A stretch of 64,000 nucleotides of DNA from Candidatus Uhrbacteria bacterium (GCA_016215325.1 JACRJV010000019.1:9959-73958), one strand, 5' to 3'; shown: positions 8,595 through 18,539, numbered from the stretch's first letter. Translations and numbers: made by a program. The notes: generated from the letters alone by a model not told the origin.

Positions 8595-10634
8595 ATGCCG
8601 TTTACTCTCGTTCCACCCTATCCCCCTTCTGGTGATCAACCCCGTGCGATCCAACAGCTCACAACTGGGGTCCGCTCTGGCGCCCATGATCAAGTATTGT
8701 TGGGCGTAACCGGATCCGGCAAAACCTTCACGATCGCCAATGTGATTCAATCCGTTCAAAAGCCGACATTGGTCATCGCTCACAACAAAACGTTGGCCGC
8801 ACAACTCACGCAAGAGTTCCGTACGTTCTTCCCCAACAATGCGGTGGAATACTTTGTCTCGTATTATGACTATTACCAACCAGAGGCCTACCTCCCATCC
8901 ACGGATACCTACATAGAAAAAGAGACGCAAATCAATGAGGAGATTGATCGCCTCCGCCATGCGGCCACCACCGCCATAATGACCCGCACCGACGTGATTG
9001 TCGTGGCCACGGTCTCCTGTATCTACAGTCTCGGCTCCCCAAATGAATACAAAAAAATGCTGATTGGGCTCGTGGTCGGCCAGCCGACTGAACGCCAAGC
9101 ATTGTTAGAACAATTGATTACGCTGCATTACACCCGCAACGATATTCTCAAACGCGGCTGCTTCCGGGCCAAAGGGGAATTATTCGAACTCATGCTGCCA
9201 GACAAAGAACAGATCATCCGCGTTGACTTGAGTGGCGGCGTGGTGCGCTCGATCGAGGTGTTTGATGCCGTGAGCCGCGCACAGCGCGAAAGCGTCCAAC
9301 AGCTGCTCGTGTTCCCGGCCAAGCATTTTGTGGTCGCCGAAGGAGTCAAGGAGGCGGCACTCCAGGCCATCGAACAAGAACTCAACCAACGCCTGGCTAC
9401 TCTCGACAAAGAGGGTAAGTTGTTGGAAGCCGAACGCCTCAAACGCCGCACGCGCTATGATCTGGCTATGATCCGAGAGATCGGTTATTGTAGTGGAATT
9501 GAAAATTACTCGCGCTATTTGTCTGCTCGGCCGCCTGGCAGTCCTCCGTACACACTCGTGGATTATTTCCCCAAAGATTTTTTGATGGTGATCGATGAGT
9601 CCCACGTGACGGTCCCTCAAATCGGCGGCATGTATGCCGGGGATCGCAGCCGCAAACAAACATTGGTCGAGCACGGGTTCCGCCTGCCCTCGGCGCTGGA
9701 CAACCGACCGCTCCAATTTAGCGAATTCGAAGAGCGCATGCCGCAGACAATTTACACCAGTGCCACACCGGGGAAGTATGAGCTTGGCAAGACGAGTCCC
9801 GCCGCAGCAGGATCCCGCACGCTGCGGGATAAGTCAAGCTCCGCCGATTCTTCATCTCTTCATCTCTTCATCTCTTCATCTCCCCTCATCATCGAGCAAA
9901 TCGTCCGCCCCACTGGCCTTGTAGACCCCGAAATTGTTCTCAAGCCCGCAGACAACCAAATCCCGGATCTTGAGAAAGAAATAGGGAAAGAAATAGAGAA
10001 TAAATGCCGGGTACTGGTGACCACGCTCACGAAAAAAATGGCAGAGGACTTGAGTGAGTATCTCCATGATCGCGGATACAAAACAAAGTATCTGCACAGC
10101 GATGTGGATACGATGGACCGAATCCGGGTGTTGGAAGACCTGCGCCGCGGCACCATCGACATCTTGATTGGTGTCAACCTGTTGCGGGAAGGGCTCGATC
10201 TCCCGGAGGTTTCGCTGGTGGCCATCTTGGATGCCGACAAAGAAGGGTTCTTGCGCAGCGACACGTCACTCATCCAAACCATGGGCCGTGCCGCCCGCAA
10301 CATCCGCGGCCGGGTGATCCTCTACGCCAATACGGTGACCGGCTCCATGAAGCGCGCCATTACCGAGACCAGCCGCCGCCGCAAAAAACAAGTCGAGTAT
10401 AACCTCGAGCATGGCATCACTCCCAAGTCCATCGAAAAGGCCATCCAATCCATTGTGGATTACGAACTCAAGCCGGAACTGCCGAGTGAATTTGTGGAGA
10501 TCGAAAAGTTCGAGGATGTCCCGGGGCTGATCAAAATAAAAATGAAAGAAGCCGCGCAGAGATTGGAGTTCGAACGGGCGGCTTTGATCAGAGATGAAGT
10601 AGTCCAATTAAAAAAACTCATCAGCACCCGATGA
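8595..10634 (+). CDS. uvrB: excinuclease ABC subunit B (UvrB) carrying a 33-aa in-frame repeat insertion
   Basis: Walker A GVTGSGKTFT, VIDESHVT, beta-hairpin region, helicase motif VI and the C-terminal UvrB-C domain (EAAQRLEFERAALIRDE). Confidence 0.95.
   Translation: MPFTLVPPYPPSGDQPRAIQQLTTGVRSGAHDQVLLGVTGSGKTFTIANVIQSVQKPTLVIAHNKTLAAQLTQEFRTFFPNNAVEYFVSYYDYYQPEAYLPSTDTYIEKETQINEEIDRLRHAATTAIMTRTDVIVVATVSCIYSLGSPNEYKKMLIGLVVGQPTERQALLEQLITLHYTRNDILKRGCFRAKGELFELMLPDKEQIIRVDLSGGVVRSIEVFDAVSRAQRESVQQLLVFPAKHFVVAEGVKEAALQAIEQELNQRLATLDKEGKLLEAERLKRRTRYDLAMIREIGYCSGIENYSRYLSARPPGSPPYTLVDYFPKDFLMVIDESHVTVPQIGGMYAGDRSRKQTLVEHGFRLPSALDNRPLQFSEFEERMPQTIYTSATPGKYELGKTSPAAAGSRTLRDKSSSADSSSLHLFISSSPLIIEQIVRPTGLVDPEIVLKPADNQIPDLEKEIGKEIENKCRVLVTTLTKKMAEDLSEYLHDRGYKTKYLHSDVDTMDRIRVLEDLRRGTIDILIGVNLLREGLDLPEVSLVAILDADKEGFLRSDTSLIQTMGRAARNIRGRVILYANTVTGSMKRAITETSRRRKKQVEYNLEHGITPKSIEKAIQSIVDYELKPELPSEFVEIEKFEDVPGLIKIKMKEAAQRLEFERAALIRDEVVQLKKLISTR
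9795..9893. repeat. Repeat element inserted in frame in uvrB (GTCCCGCCGCAGCAGGATCCCGCACGCTGCGGGA hairpin plus (TTCATCTC)x4)
   Basis: Translates as SPAAAGSRTLRDKSSSADSSSLHLFISSSPLII between the conserved TSATPGKYELGKT and EQIVRPTGLVDP. The same GTCCCGCCGCAGCGGGATCCCGC word recurs at 18575-18610. Confidence 0.6.
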
Positions 10635-10641
10635 GCTCAAA

Positions 10642-11184
10642 TCATCCTTGCTCCTTCATGAGTCGAGCAAACTCTTTCCGCGCGTGCTCCAATTTGGGCT
10701 CAATCACAAGCTGGCAGTATCCATCGCCCTTATTCTTGTTATAGTAGTCCACGTGGTATTGTTCCGCCGGGTAAAACTGATCCAACATCATTACCTCTGT
10801 GACGATCGGCTGGCCCTTCGATGTGGAATCGTTGAGCCGTTGAATATAGCGCTCGGCCGCCGCACGCTGCGGCTCGGTGGTCACAAAGATGGCGGACCGG
10901 TACTGCGTACCCACATCGTGCCCCTGACGGTTGAGGCTTGTGGGGTCATGGGTAGCAAAAAAGACACTAAAGAGATCGTCCACGGATATCACCGACGGAT
11001 CATACATCACTTGGATCACCTCGGCGTGACCCGTGCAGCCACTAGAGACCTGCTCATAACTCGGTGCGGAAGTGGCGCCTCCCGCGTATCCTGGCAAAAC
11101 CGAGACAACGCCCTTCAGGCGTTGGAAGATGGCTTCGGTGCACCAAAAGCACCCGCCGCCAAACACAATGGTTTCTACTGACAT
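10642..11184 (-). CDS. msrA: peptide-methionine (S)-S-oxide reductase MsrA
   Basis: TIVFGGGCFWCTEAIF and GHAEVIQV...DP motifs. Start chosen at MSVETIV; the track ORF extends to 11214. Confidence 0.85.
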   Translation of the reverse strand: MSVETIVFGGGCFWCTEAIFQRLKGVVSVLPGYAGGATSAPSYEQVSSGCTGHAEVIQVMYDPSVISVDDLFSVFFATHDPTSLNRQGHDVGTQYRSAIFVTTEPQRAAAERYIQRLNDSTSKGQPIVTEVMMLDQFYPAEQYHVDYYNKNKGDGYCQLVIEPKLEHARKEFARLMKEQG

Positions 11185-11408
11185 AGGATAATGCATGGAT
11201 ATTTCCCTCTTCAAAGGGGAAATCCTTCGCCTTCTATTGACAAGTTATAAAATGTATGCTATACTATATTTTGTACTGCAAGAACTGAACTGGAATACTC
11301 TTCTCGCTGTTCGCTAGTCCCGATTGCACCGATCCTAGATAATTACCGATACGGATGCCTCAGAATGAATCGAATGGCGAGAACAGTATTTCACCCTTGC
11401 TATCCCAT

Positions 11409-11438
11409 TATACCCCCGCCATGGCGGGGGTATTTTAT
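11409..11438. terminator. perfect palindromic hairpin TACCCCCGCCATGGCGGGGGTA followed by TTTTATT (terminator-like)
   Basis: Visible in sequence. It lies between msrA and the aro-operon end and could act bidirectionally. Confidence 0.45.
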
Positions 11439-11513
11439 TACTTGTTTTGAAAACATTCATAATTCGATTCGCGCAAGATACGCGCAACAATCGTGCAAGA
11501 AAAGTTCGCTTCG

Positions 11514-12680
11514 TTACTTTGAACCCAAAAATGTTTTGAGCGCCTGAAGGGCCGCTTCCAATTCTTCCTTTTCCGCTCCGAAGGAGAATCTCAGATATCC
11601 TTCTTGCCCAAAGGCTACTCCTGGAACTGTGGCGATGTTGCCCTCTTCCAAAAGTCTCAATGCGAACTTCATGGAGTCGGTCTCTTGGCTCCCCAGGGCC
11701 TTGAGCGAAACAAAACTGTAGAGCCCTGAAGGCGCCGACAGAATGCTTGCGCCAAACAATTTGTTAAAAATTTTGGTAAACACATCGCGGCGTTCACGCA
11801 TGGGGGCTCGCACGGAGTCGATCACGGCCCGTGCATTGTGCACCCCTGCCAATGCGGCCCACTGGCTTATACTGGAAGTGCCCGTGGTGCTTTGGCCCTG
11901 AATGGTGCTCAATCGCGATATCACCGGCTCGGGAGCCAACACAAACCCCACGCGCCAGCCGGTCATGGCAAAATGCTTGGAACAACTTTGGATCACCACA
12001 ACGTTCTCCTGGAATTCGGGGAATGACCCGCACGACACAAATTCATTGTTGTCGTACATGAGCCCGCTATACACTTCATCGGAGACGACCGTGATGTGTT
12101 TCGATGCGGCAAACTCAAGAATGGAGCGCAATTGCTTACGAGTATACAATGTGCCCGTCGGATTGCTCGCGTTGTTTAAGACCAATATTGTTGTTTTAGC
12201 AGTACTGACCCGTTCAATATCTTCACGACTCACGCGCCATCCATTTTCTTCTTTTGTCGAGGTCACCACAGGCACCCCGCCAAACATTTCTGTGATACCG
12301 GAATAGGATACCCAATAGGGTGCAATCATCACCACTTCATCGCCCGGGTCCAGTATGGCCTGGAACAAGGCGTAGAGCCCAAACTTCCCTCCACAGGTCA
12401 CAATACAGTTTTTTGAAGTATAGACGGTCTTGTACGTGGTGTTCATCCAATCACTAAATGCTTGACGTAATTCCGGGATCCCGGCAACCGGAGGGTAATG
12501 CGTTTTGCCCTCCCGCATGGCGCGCTCTGCCCCCTCAATGATACTGGGGTGGCAATCCACCATGGGCTCGCCGGCGCTCAAGTTAAACACGCGGATCCCG
12601 GCGGCTTTCTTTTGGAGGGCGAGTCCGTTCATTTTGATCGTCGCGGAAACAGACAGTTTGAGGGTGGAGGAGAGTTTCAT
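11514..12680 (-). CDS. class I/II PLP-dependent aminotransferase (aspartate/aromatic type), last gene of the aro operon
   Basis: LSAGEP...DCHP, NPTG, SCSKHFAMTGWRVG (PLP Lys region). Confidence 0.85.
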   Translation of the reverse strand: MKLSSTLKLSVSATIKMNGLALQKKAAGIRVFNLSAGEPMVDCHPSIIEGAERAMREGKTHYPPVAGIPELRQAFSDWMNTTYKTVYTSKNCIVTCGGKFGLYALFQAILDPGDEVVMIAPYWVSYSGITEMFGGVPVVTSTKEENGWRVSREDIERVSTAKTTILVLNNASNPTGTLYTRKQLRSILEFAASKHITVVSDEVYSGLMYDNNEFVSCGSFPEFQENVVVIQSCSKHFAMTGWRVGFVLAPEPVISRLSTIQGQSTTGTSSISQWAALAGVHNARAVIDSVRAPMRERRDVFTKIFNKLFGASILSAPSGLYSFVSLKALGSQETDSMKFALRLLEEGNIATVPGVAFGQEGYLRFSFGAEKEELEAALQALKTFLGSK

Positions 12681-12937
12681 AATTTTTGAATTCTTTTAGA
12701 CTCTTTGACAATTAAACGAAACACTTGTTCAACCCATCGTGGATCGAGATGAAGATGTAGAGAAAGCTTGCATCGATCCTCTCGCATCCGCAGTTCCCGT
12801 AAACGATCCGTTACTGCCAACCTCCCTTTCTTTTTTTCTTTGCCAATGGCCTCAGAGAACCGCAGTCGCTGTGCAAGAATTTTAATGATTGATCGATCTG
12901 TTGCGTCAATTTTTTGTCGGAGAGTTGTGATGTTCAT
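12677..12937 (-). CDS. chorismate mutase (AroQ class, monofunctional)
   Basis: 86 aa; LRQKIDATDRSIIKILAQRLRFSEAIGKEKK pattern. Overlaps neighbours by 4 nt. Confidence 0.7.
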   Translation of the reverse strand: MNITTLRQKIDATDRSIIKILAQRLRFSEAIGKEKKKGRLAVTDRLRELRMREDRCKLSLHLHLDPRWVEQVFRLIVKESKRIQKL

Positions 12938-13620
12938 AGAGTACGCTCAATGCGTTGAAGATTCTGTACGAACGTTTGCCGCATACGTTTACTATACGGG
13001 TTATAGTTCTGCAGGTCACGGAATAACTGTTGCGTGTCATGGTGAACCAAATCCGTCATCCGTAACAATGTCTCATAATCGGGGGTTGCAACCAACTGAG
13101 GGCGCAATCGGAGTGGCTCGAGCCCGCGACCGATAAAATGCACCAACGCTTGCGAACGCGCCATCTGTTGGTCATGCCGCTGCGCTGTGGAGAGAATACT
13201 GGTGAGTTGGAGTGTCTGGAGGATCTGCTCAAATCGTTTCTGCTGCGCCGAAGACGCTCGCAGATACGACACGACGATCTTTTTGCCCTTGATCCCGCTC
13301 TGCCGTACCGAGTCTGGACCGAATAATGGGTGGGTCGCAATCAAGGGTTGGGTGCGATGAAAAACGGTACGCATGACACGCGCCGGATACATCTTCACTG
13401 AACAGGCATCCACTACAATCGTGGATAGAGAAAGTAGTGGTGCTACCTTCTTGCAGCACTGCTCAAACGAAGAGATTGGAACGAGCAAAAAGAGGAGATC
13501 TGTATCGATGCGTTCTTTCCGGATTCTGGGGTCATACATTTTTACTACGTACCCCTTCCCTTTGAGGCTCTTGGCCCAGAGTCTCCCAAATCGACCGTGA
13601 CCGATGATGCCGATGTTCAT
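12934..13620 (-). CDS. tyrA: prephenate/arogenate dehydrogenase
   Basis: MNIGIIGHGRFGRLWAKSL (Rossmann GxGxxG) and a TyrA-like C-terminal region. Confidence 0.75.
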   Translation of the reverse strand: MNIGIIGHGRFGRLWAKSLKGKGYVVKMYDPRIRKERIDTDLLFLLVPISSFEQCCKKVAPLLSLSTIVVDACSVKMYPARVMRTVFHRTQPLIATHPLFGPDSVRQSGIKGKKIVVSYLRASSAQQKRFEQILQTLQLTSILSTAQRHDQQMARSQALVHFIGRGLEPLRLRPQLVATPDYETLLRMTDLVHHDTQQLFRDLQNYNPYSKRMRQTFVQNLQRIERTL

Positions 13621-13744
13621 AAAACTCGAAATCCGAATATCGAAATCCGAAAAAAATCTAAAATGTTTAAAATTTTTGATATTTGAATTTTACTATTGTC
13701 TCGAATTTCAAATTTCGTGCTTCGGATTTTTAATGCAGTCGACA
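13617..13744. repeat. Intercistronic palindromic repeat (CGAAATCCGAA ... TTCGGATTT family)
   Basis: cgaaatccgaatatcgaaatccgaa ... cgaatttcaaatttcgtgcttcggattttt. It is the reverse complement of the TTCGGATTTCGG word found inside tsaD. Confidence 0.6.
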
Positions 13745-14320
13745 TCATAATTTCTTCACCACGATAAACGTTGTTAGGTTGGGATGCTGATCCTGAATCC
13801 CTTTTTCCAAAACCTCGAGACCATAGAGTTGGGCAGATCGTGCCGGCGCAATAACAGCAGTTTGCGCATCCAATATCCCTGCCCCAAGATCGCGAGCCGC
13901 TTTGGCCGTATCGTCCCAATCTTTGAGCGGCACCCCTTCAAACGCTTGCTTGAGGTATCGTTCGCATTGCGAAAATGCCTGGGGGTGACTGGCAATCCGT
14001 TTAATCTGATCCCGTGTTGTGCCGGGTTTTACCAACAGACACTGTTGCACTTCAATCCAAATTTCATCCACCAGGGTAAACAAATGGTGTCCCATGGCTT
14101 CAAACGCAGTTTGCACCAATCCGCCACGCGAATTCACCACCGGAAAAATCCCAAGCTGAGCCTCGCCCTGTTCCACCGCGGTCAACACACCCTCCATATC
14201 AATCGCGTAGATCATGGAAGGCGCAAATCCTTCGCGCCCAGCATAGACAAGTCCTGCTTCTTCCGAGAAAGAACCGGCATCACCGGAAACAGCAAGTGTA
14301 ATCGTTTTGGTATTATTCAT
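13745..14320 (-). CDS. pheA: prephenate dehydratase (PDT domain only)
   Basis: ITLAVSGDAGSFSEEAG..., TRD..., ESRP-like region; no ACT domain. Confidence 0.8.
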   Translation of the reverse strand: MNNTKTITLAVSGDAGSFSEEAGLVYAGREGFAPSMIYAIDMEGVLTAVEQGEAQLGIFPVVNSRGGLVQTAFEAMGHHLFTLVDEIWIEVQQCLLVKPGTTRDQIKRIASHPQAFSQCERYLKQAFEGVPLKDWDDTAKAARDLGAGILDAQTAVIAPARSAQLYGLEVLEKGIQDQHPNLTTFIVVKKL

Positions 14321-14400
14321 AAGTCAATAATGATTCGCGGTATTCGGATAGTAATTCGCGGTATTCGCATTATGTTATTGGTTTTGTGCCTTATGTCGTA
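14321..14400. repeat. Intercistronic repeat (ATTCGCGGTATTCG x2 family)
   Basis: gattcgcggtattcggatagtaattcgcggtattcgcatta; related words occur at 34520-34550 and 58483-58500. Confidence 0.5.
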
Positions 14401-15460
14401 AATAATGATCCATCATCACGAGTGCTGCCATCGCATCGACAATGGGGACGGCACGTGGCAATACACATGGATCATGCCGCCCTGCTGCCTCCAACGTAAC
14501 CGATTCTCCACTGGTTGTCACGGTATTTTGTTTCTGACCAATCGTTGCGACGGGCTTAAACGCAACGCGAAAGTAAATCATCTCACCACTGGAAATCCCC
14601 CCGAGTGTCCCGCCCGCATTATTTGTTTTAGTACGGATGCTTCCTTTTTCAGCAGGAACGAACTCATCATTGTGTTGACTACCCTTAAGCCCCACACTCT
14701 CAAACCCCAACCCAATATCAAAGCCTTTGACGGCATTGATCGAGAGCATGGCCTTACCCAAATCCGCTGGGAGTTTATCAAATACCGGCTCCCCCAAGCC
14801 TGCCGGGACGTGGCGGATCACCCCACGGATAATCCCACCGATTGAGTCTTTTGCAGCGCGCACTTCTTCAATTTTATCAATCATCTGTTGCGCCACTTTC
14901 GAATCAGGACAACGGACCATACTGGAATCAATTCCAGAACGAGAAACAGTGTTCAAATCGACCGTTGTTTTAATGTCCCCCACCTGCTGCACAAAACTCA
15001 CAAATTCCATCCCGAGCTTCTCTCGCAAATATTTTTGAGCGATCGCTCCGACCGCTACCCGCGCCAATGTTTCTCGCGCCGATGCCCGCCCCGACCCTCT
15101 CCACTCCCGCAATCCATACTTTGTCACATAGGTGTAGTCCGCATGCGAAGGCCGCAGCACGTCCTTCATGGCCAGATAATCTTCGCTCTTCGCGTCCTCG
15201 TTATACGCCACCAACAATATGGGTGTGCCGGTGGTCAGCCCATCTGTAACACCCGAGAGAATATGGATCGTGTCTTTCTCGCTTCGGGGTGTGGTAATGG
15301 CGCTCTGCCCTGGCTTGCGACGATCTAATTCTTTTTGAATATCTTCTTGGGCAATCGCAAGGCCTGGAGGACAGCCATCGATAATCACGCCAATAGCGCC
15401 CCCGTGCGATTCGCCGGCCGTCGTAATCCGAAATAATTGTCCAAAGGAGTTACCGGGCAT
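14375..15460 (-). CDS. aroC: chorismate synthase
   Basis: MPGNSFGQLFRITTAGESHGGAIGVIIDGCPPGL... The track ORF has a spurious N-terminal extension read through the upstream repeat. Confidence 0.9.
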   Translation of the reverse strand: MPGNSFGQLFRITTAGESHGGAIGVIIDGCPPGLAIAQEDIQKELDRRKPGQSAITTPRSEKDTIHILSGVTDGLTTGTPILLVAYNEDAKSEDYLAMKDVLRPSHADYTYVTKYGLREWRGSGRASARETLARVAVGAIAQKYLREKLGMEFVSFVQQVGDIKTTVDLNTVSRSGIDSSMVRCPDSKVAQQMIDKIEEVRAAKDSIGGIIRGVIRHVPAGLGEPVFDKLPADLGKAMLSINAVKGFDIGLGFESVGLKGSQHNDEFVPAEKGSIRTKTNNAGGTLGGISSGEMIYFRVAFKPVATIGQKQNTVTTSGESVTLEAAGRHDPCVLPRAVPIVDAMAALVMMDHYLRHKAQNQ

Positions 15461-15477
15461 ACCACCGAGTAAATTAA

Positions 15478-15535
15478 GCAAGATAAGCGAGATAAGTAAA
15501 TTAAGCGAGACACGCAAGATAAGCTATTTTTACAA
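15478..15535. repeat. Intercistronic repeat (GTAAATTAAGC / AAGATAAGCGAGATAAG family)
   Basis: taaattaagcaagataagcgagataagtaaattaagcgagacacgcaagataagc; the same words flank the 4HB gene at 62400-62882. Confidence 0.55.
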
Positions 15536-16607
15536 TTGCATCATTCAACGGATGCGCGTACTGCCCATTGTTCACATATACTTTTCCAATTTTTTCTAAA
15601 AGGACATAGCGTGTCTGACCCGCGCGTACCTTCTTGTCATTCTTGGTGGCATTGATAATTTGCGTTGAAGAATATCGGCGCAGGACGGCAAATGGCAAGT
15701 TCCATGGCGCGAGTACCTCTTGAATTTTATCAAACTCTTTCTCTGGCAGCACGCCCAGTGTCTGCGCAATCTTCGCTTCGACAAGAACCCCAACCCCGAC
15801 AGCCAAACCGTGGTGGATGCGGTACCCGCTTACCTGCTCCAGAGCATGGCCAATGGTATGCCCGAAATTGAGCACAGCCCGCTGCCCTTGTTCGGTTTCA
15901 TCCCGCGCGATCACCCCAGCTTTGATCGTGACCGCGCGACGAATAAAATCAATCGCGTCCTGAAGTCGATGGGTTTTACGAAATCGTCCGACAATCTCCA
16001 AGGATGCCGGATCAGAAGTGATAAACATCTTAACCGCCTCCATCATTCCGGAGGTTATCTGCGGCTGCGACAGCGTCTGCAGATATTGCACATCAATAAT
16101 CACACGACTCGGCTGCCAAAATGCGCCGATTAAATTCTTTCCTTCTGGCGTATCAATCCCCGTTTTGCCGCCAATCGAACTGTCCACCATCGCCAGCAGC
16201 GTTGTGGGGACTTGAATATAGGGGATGCCCCGCAGGTAGGTGGCCGCCACAAATCCAGCGACATCACCGACCACTCCGCCGCCCAACGCCACAATCACCG
16301 TATCCCGTCCGCAGCGCTGGCCAAGCATCGCGCGCTCCAGCGCGGTTTTCGTTGTTTGATTTTTTGCGCCTTCGCCATGCGGCATGGAAAGTATGATGGT
16401 TTTGGAAACAAAACGCCGGATGCGTCGTGCCAATGAGCTGGCATACGTCCGTCGCAGATGCGTATCGGTAATAATCACGCACGCCACGGGATTGATAGCG
16501 CGGATCGCTCGATCCATCTCGGATACCAGAGATCGCCCGACGACAATATCGTACGAACGTGGTTGGAGTACCGGCAGATCCACATGAATTGTAGAGAGGA
16601 GAGGCAT
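15501..16607 (-). CDS. aroB: 3-dehydroquinate synthase
   Basis: ALGGGVVGDVAGFVAATYLRGIPYIQVPTTLLAMVDSSIGGKTGID and NFGHTIGHALE. Confidence 0.9.
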   Translation of the reverse strand: MPLLSTIHVDLPVLQPRSYDIVVGRSLVSEMDRAIRAINPVACVIITDTHLRRTYASSLARRIRRFVSKTIILSMPHGEGAKNQTTKTALERAMLGQRCGRDTVIVALGGGVVGDVAGFVAATYLRGIPYIQVPTTLLAMVDSSIGGKTGIDTPEGKNLIGAFWQPSRVIIDVQYLQTLSQPQITSGMMEAVKMFITSDPASLEIVGRFRKTHRLQDAIDFIRRAVTIKAGVIARDETEQGQRAVLNFGHTIGHALEQVSGYRIHHGLAVGVGVLVEAKIAQTLGVLPEKEFDKIQEVLAPWNLPFAVLRRYSSTQIINATKNDKKVRAGQTRYVLLEKIGKVYVNNGQYAHPLNDAIVKIAYLACLA

Positions 16608-16613
16608 AGGGTG

Positions 16614-17648
16614 CTAGGATCGCCCAAGTTCTATCAACGTCTCTTCTGTTTGCTCCCACGAAAGGCAGGGGTCGGTGATGGATAGCCCATTACGATTGAT
16701 GGTTTCCGATGTGCACCGCGCCACACTCTGTGAGCCGCCGGTCAAGAAACTCTCGATCATAAATCCTTTAACGTATTTTTTGAACTCCTTCTCGCGGTTC
16801 ATCAATTCCATTGTTTCACACACGACCGTCATTTGCCGGGCGTATTCTTTCTTCCCATTGATCTTGCAATTGTCGTGGCTGGCGTCGATGAGGATCGCTG
16901 GGTTTTTCACGTTCGCTTTCTCCAAGATTCCAACCGCCTTCGCGATATTTTCCTGGTCATAATTTGGTGCAGAGTTTCCGCCGCGTAATACCAAGTGGGC
17001 AAAGTCGTTCCCGCGCGTTTCTACCTGATACCCGTTAAACACAGTCGTGTGGCCATGTTGAGCAGCAATAATCCCATTCACCCCTATCTCAAGGTTCCCG
17101 CTGGTGGGATTCTTCATTCCTACCGCGCACTCTACTGCCGACGCAAAGATGCGGTGCTCTTGATCCTCGGTCGAACGAGCGCCAATGGCCACCCAACTTA
17201 ATAGCTCAATAAATCCCCGAGCATTATGCGTGAACACCGCCTCGTCGGCAATCGGCAACCCCATCTCAACCGCCCGCACCATGAGACTGCGGGAATACGC
17301 AATCCCCTTTTCAATGTCCGGAGGCAAAAAAGGATCCGGCTGATTCACTGGGCCTGTCCATCCCTTGGTTGTCCGCGGTTTTTGGATATACAACCGCAGC
17401 ACTACTTTCACACGATCTTGGATTTGATCCGAGACAGATTTGAGTCGCTTAGCATACTCAATCACGCTTTCGTAAGGCCATGCGGAACAAGGGCCGACCA
17501 CCACGAGCATGCGATGATCTGAACCCGAAAGGATCGCTTTTACTTCCTCGCGGTCACGGGCAATGCGAGCATGCCCCTCCAATGATAATGGGAAGGCGTT
17601 GATAATTTCTTCTGCGCTCGGTAATTTTTTTATCGTTGTAAGATTCAT
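16614..17648 (-). CDS. aroG: 3-deoxy-7-phosphoheptulonate (DAHP) synthase, class I-alpha
   Basis: MLVVVGPCSAW..., KPRTTKGWTGPVNQPDP, ...CKINGKKEY... Confidence 0.9.
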   Translation of the reverse strand: MNLTTIKKLPSAEEIINAFPLSLEGHARIARDREEVKAILSGSDHRMLVVVGPCSAWPYESVIEYAKRLKSVSDQIQDRVKVVLRLYIQKPRTTKGWTGPVNQPDPFLPPDIEKGIAYSRSLMVRAVEMGLPIADEAVFTHNARGFIELLSWVAIGARSTEDQEHRIFASAVECAVGMKNPTSGNLEIGVNGIIAAQHGHTTVFNGYQVETRGNDFAHLVLRGGNSAPNYDQENIAKAVGILEKANVKNPAILIDASHDNCKINGKKEYARQMTVVCETMELMNREKEFKKYVKGFMIESFLTGGSQSVARCTSETINRNGLSITDPCLSWEQTEETLIELGRS

Positions 17649-17700
17649 ACAAATAATGCGAATAACCATTCGTCATTCTGGCTTGGCCAGAATCCGATCT
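17649..17700. repeat. Intercistronic hairpin repeat (CGTCATTCTG...CAGAATCCG family)
   Basis: aatgcgaataaccattcgtcattctggcttggccagaatccgatc; related words at 18551-18565 and 61141-61170. Confidence 0.45.
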
Positions 17701-18539
17701 GATCCTGCCTGCCCCGCCTTGGCGGTGGGTCTCGGCCAAGATGACAACACCTCGCGCCACTCTTGTGGATCAACGCCGATACCAGACCACAATCGGATCT
17801 GTTCAACCCCTTGCGCGATAAACATTTCAATTCCGGATATTGTTTGCGCGCCTGCTAACCGCGCTTGCTTGAGCAATGCCGTCTCTAACGGGTTATACAC
17901 GCAGTCCATAACCTTCTGATACTGCTCAAAATGATATCCGGGCAGCGGGGAGGCGCTGCTATCAGGATGCATGCCAATGGGCGTGGTGTTTACAATAATG
18001 TCCAAGGGCTGTTTGTAAACATCTTCGATAGTTTTAAGTACAGTACCGCCAAATTGTTGTGCGAGGATTTGTGCCTTTTGCGGTGTGCGGTTCCAATAGT
18101 ACTGCGCGGCTTTCTTTTTGGAAAGAGTTACGGCAACCGCTCGTGCTGCCCCTCCGGCACCGAGGATCAGTGTATTCTTCCCTGCGATGTCGATCCCCCG
18201 CAGGGCATGCTCAACGCCAATGACGTCGGTATTATATCCCCGCAACATCGAATTCTCCGAAATCACCGTATTGACCGCACCGACCTCGCGCGCTGAATCA
18301 TCCAGTCCATCAAGGTATGGAATAATCGATTCCTTATGTGGGATGGTTACGGCCGTAAGGCCGATGCCAAGCGTGCGAATTGCCTGGACCAGCGCCGAAA
18401 CATCAGGGTGTGGGAATGCCAGCATGATTGCGTCGATTCCAGCCGAAGCGTAGCTTGTGGTATGCAGCAATGGACTCATGCTATGGGCAAGGGGGTAGCC
18501 AATAACCGCATTGAGTTTTGTTTTGGTAGTAATATTCAT
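17673..18539 (-). CDS. aroE: shikimate dehydrogenase
   Basis: VIGYPLAHSMSPLLH, GYNTDVIG, GAGGAARAV motifs. Confidence 0.85.
   Translation of the reverse strand: MNITTKTKLNAVIGYPLAHSMSPLLHTTSYASAGIDAIMLAFPHPDVSALVQAIRTLGIGLTAVTIPHKESIIPYLDGLDDSAREVGAVNTVISENSMLRGYNTDVIGVEHALRGIDIAGKNTLILGAGGAARAVAVTLSKKKAAQYYWNRTPQKAQILAQQFGGTVLKTIEDVYKQPLDIIVNTTPIGMHPDSSASPLPGYHFEQYQKVMDCVYNPLETALLKQARLAGAQTISGIEMFIAQGVEQIRLWSGIGVDPQEWREVLSSWPRPTAKAGQAGSDRILAKPE

Noticed and set aside
11365-11547. 60-aa plus-strand ORF between msrA and the aminotransferase
   Set aside because: It spans a palindromic terminator-like hairpin and promoter region, has no sensible composition, and is likely non-coding.
14375-15517. 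N-terminal extensions of aroC (MRVSLNLLISLILLNLLGG), atpC, aroG, aroQ, atpD and tsaD in the ORF track
   Set aside because: The extensions are translations of the intercistronic repeat elements. Conserved protein starts (MPGNSFG, MLHIQL, MNLTTIKK, MNTILLIHG, MNGTISQ, MRILGIETS) begin right after them.
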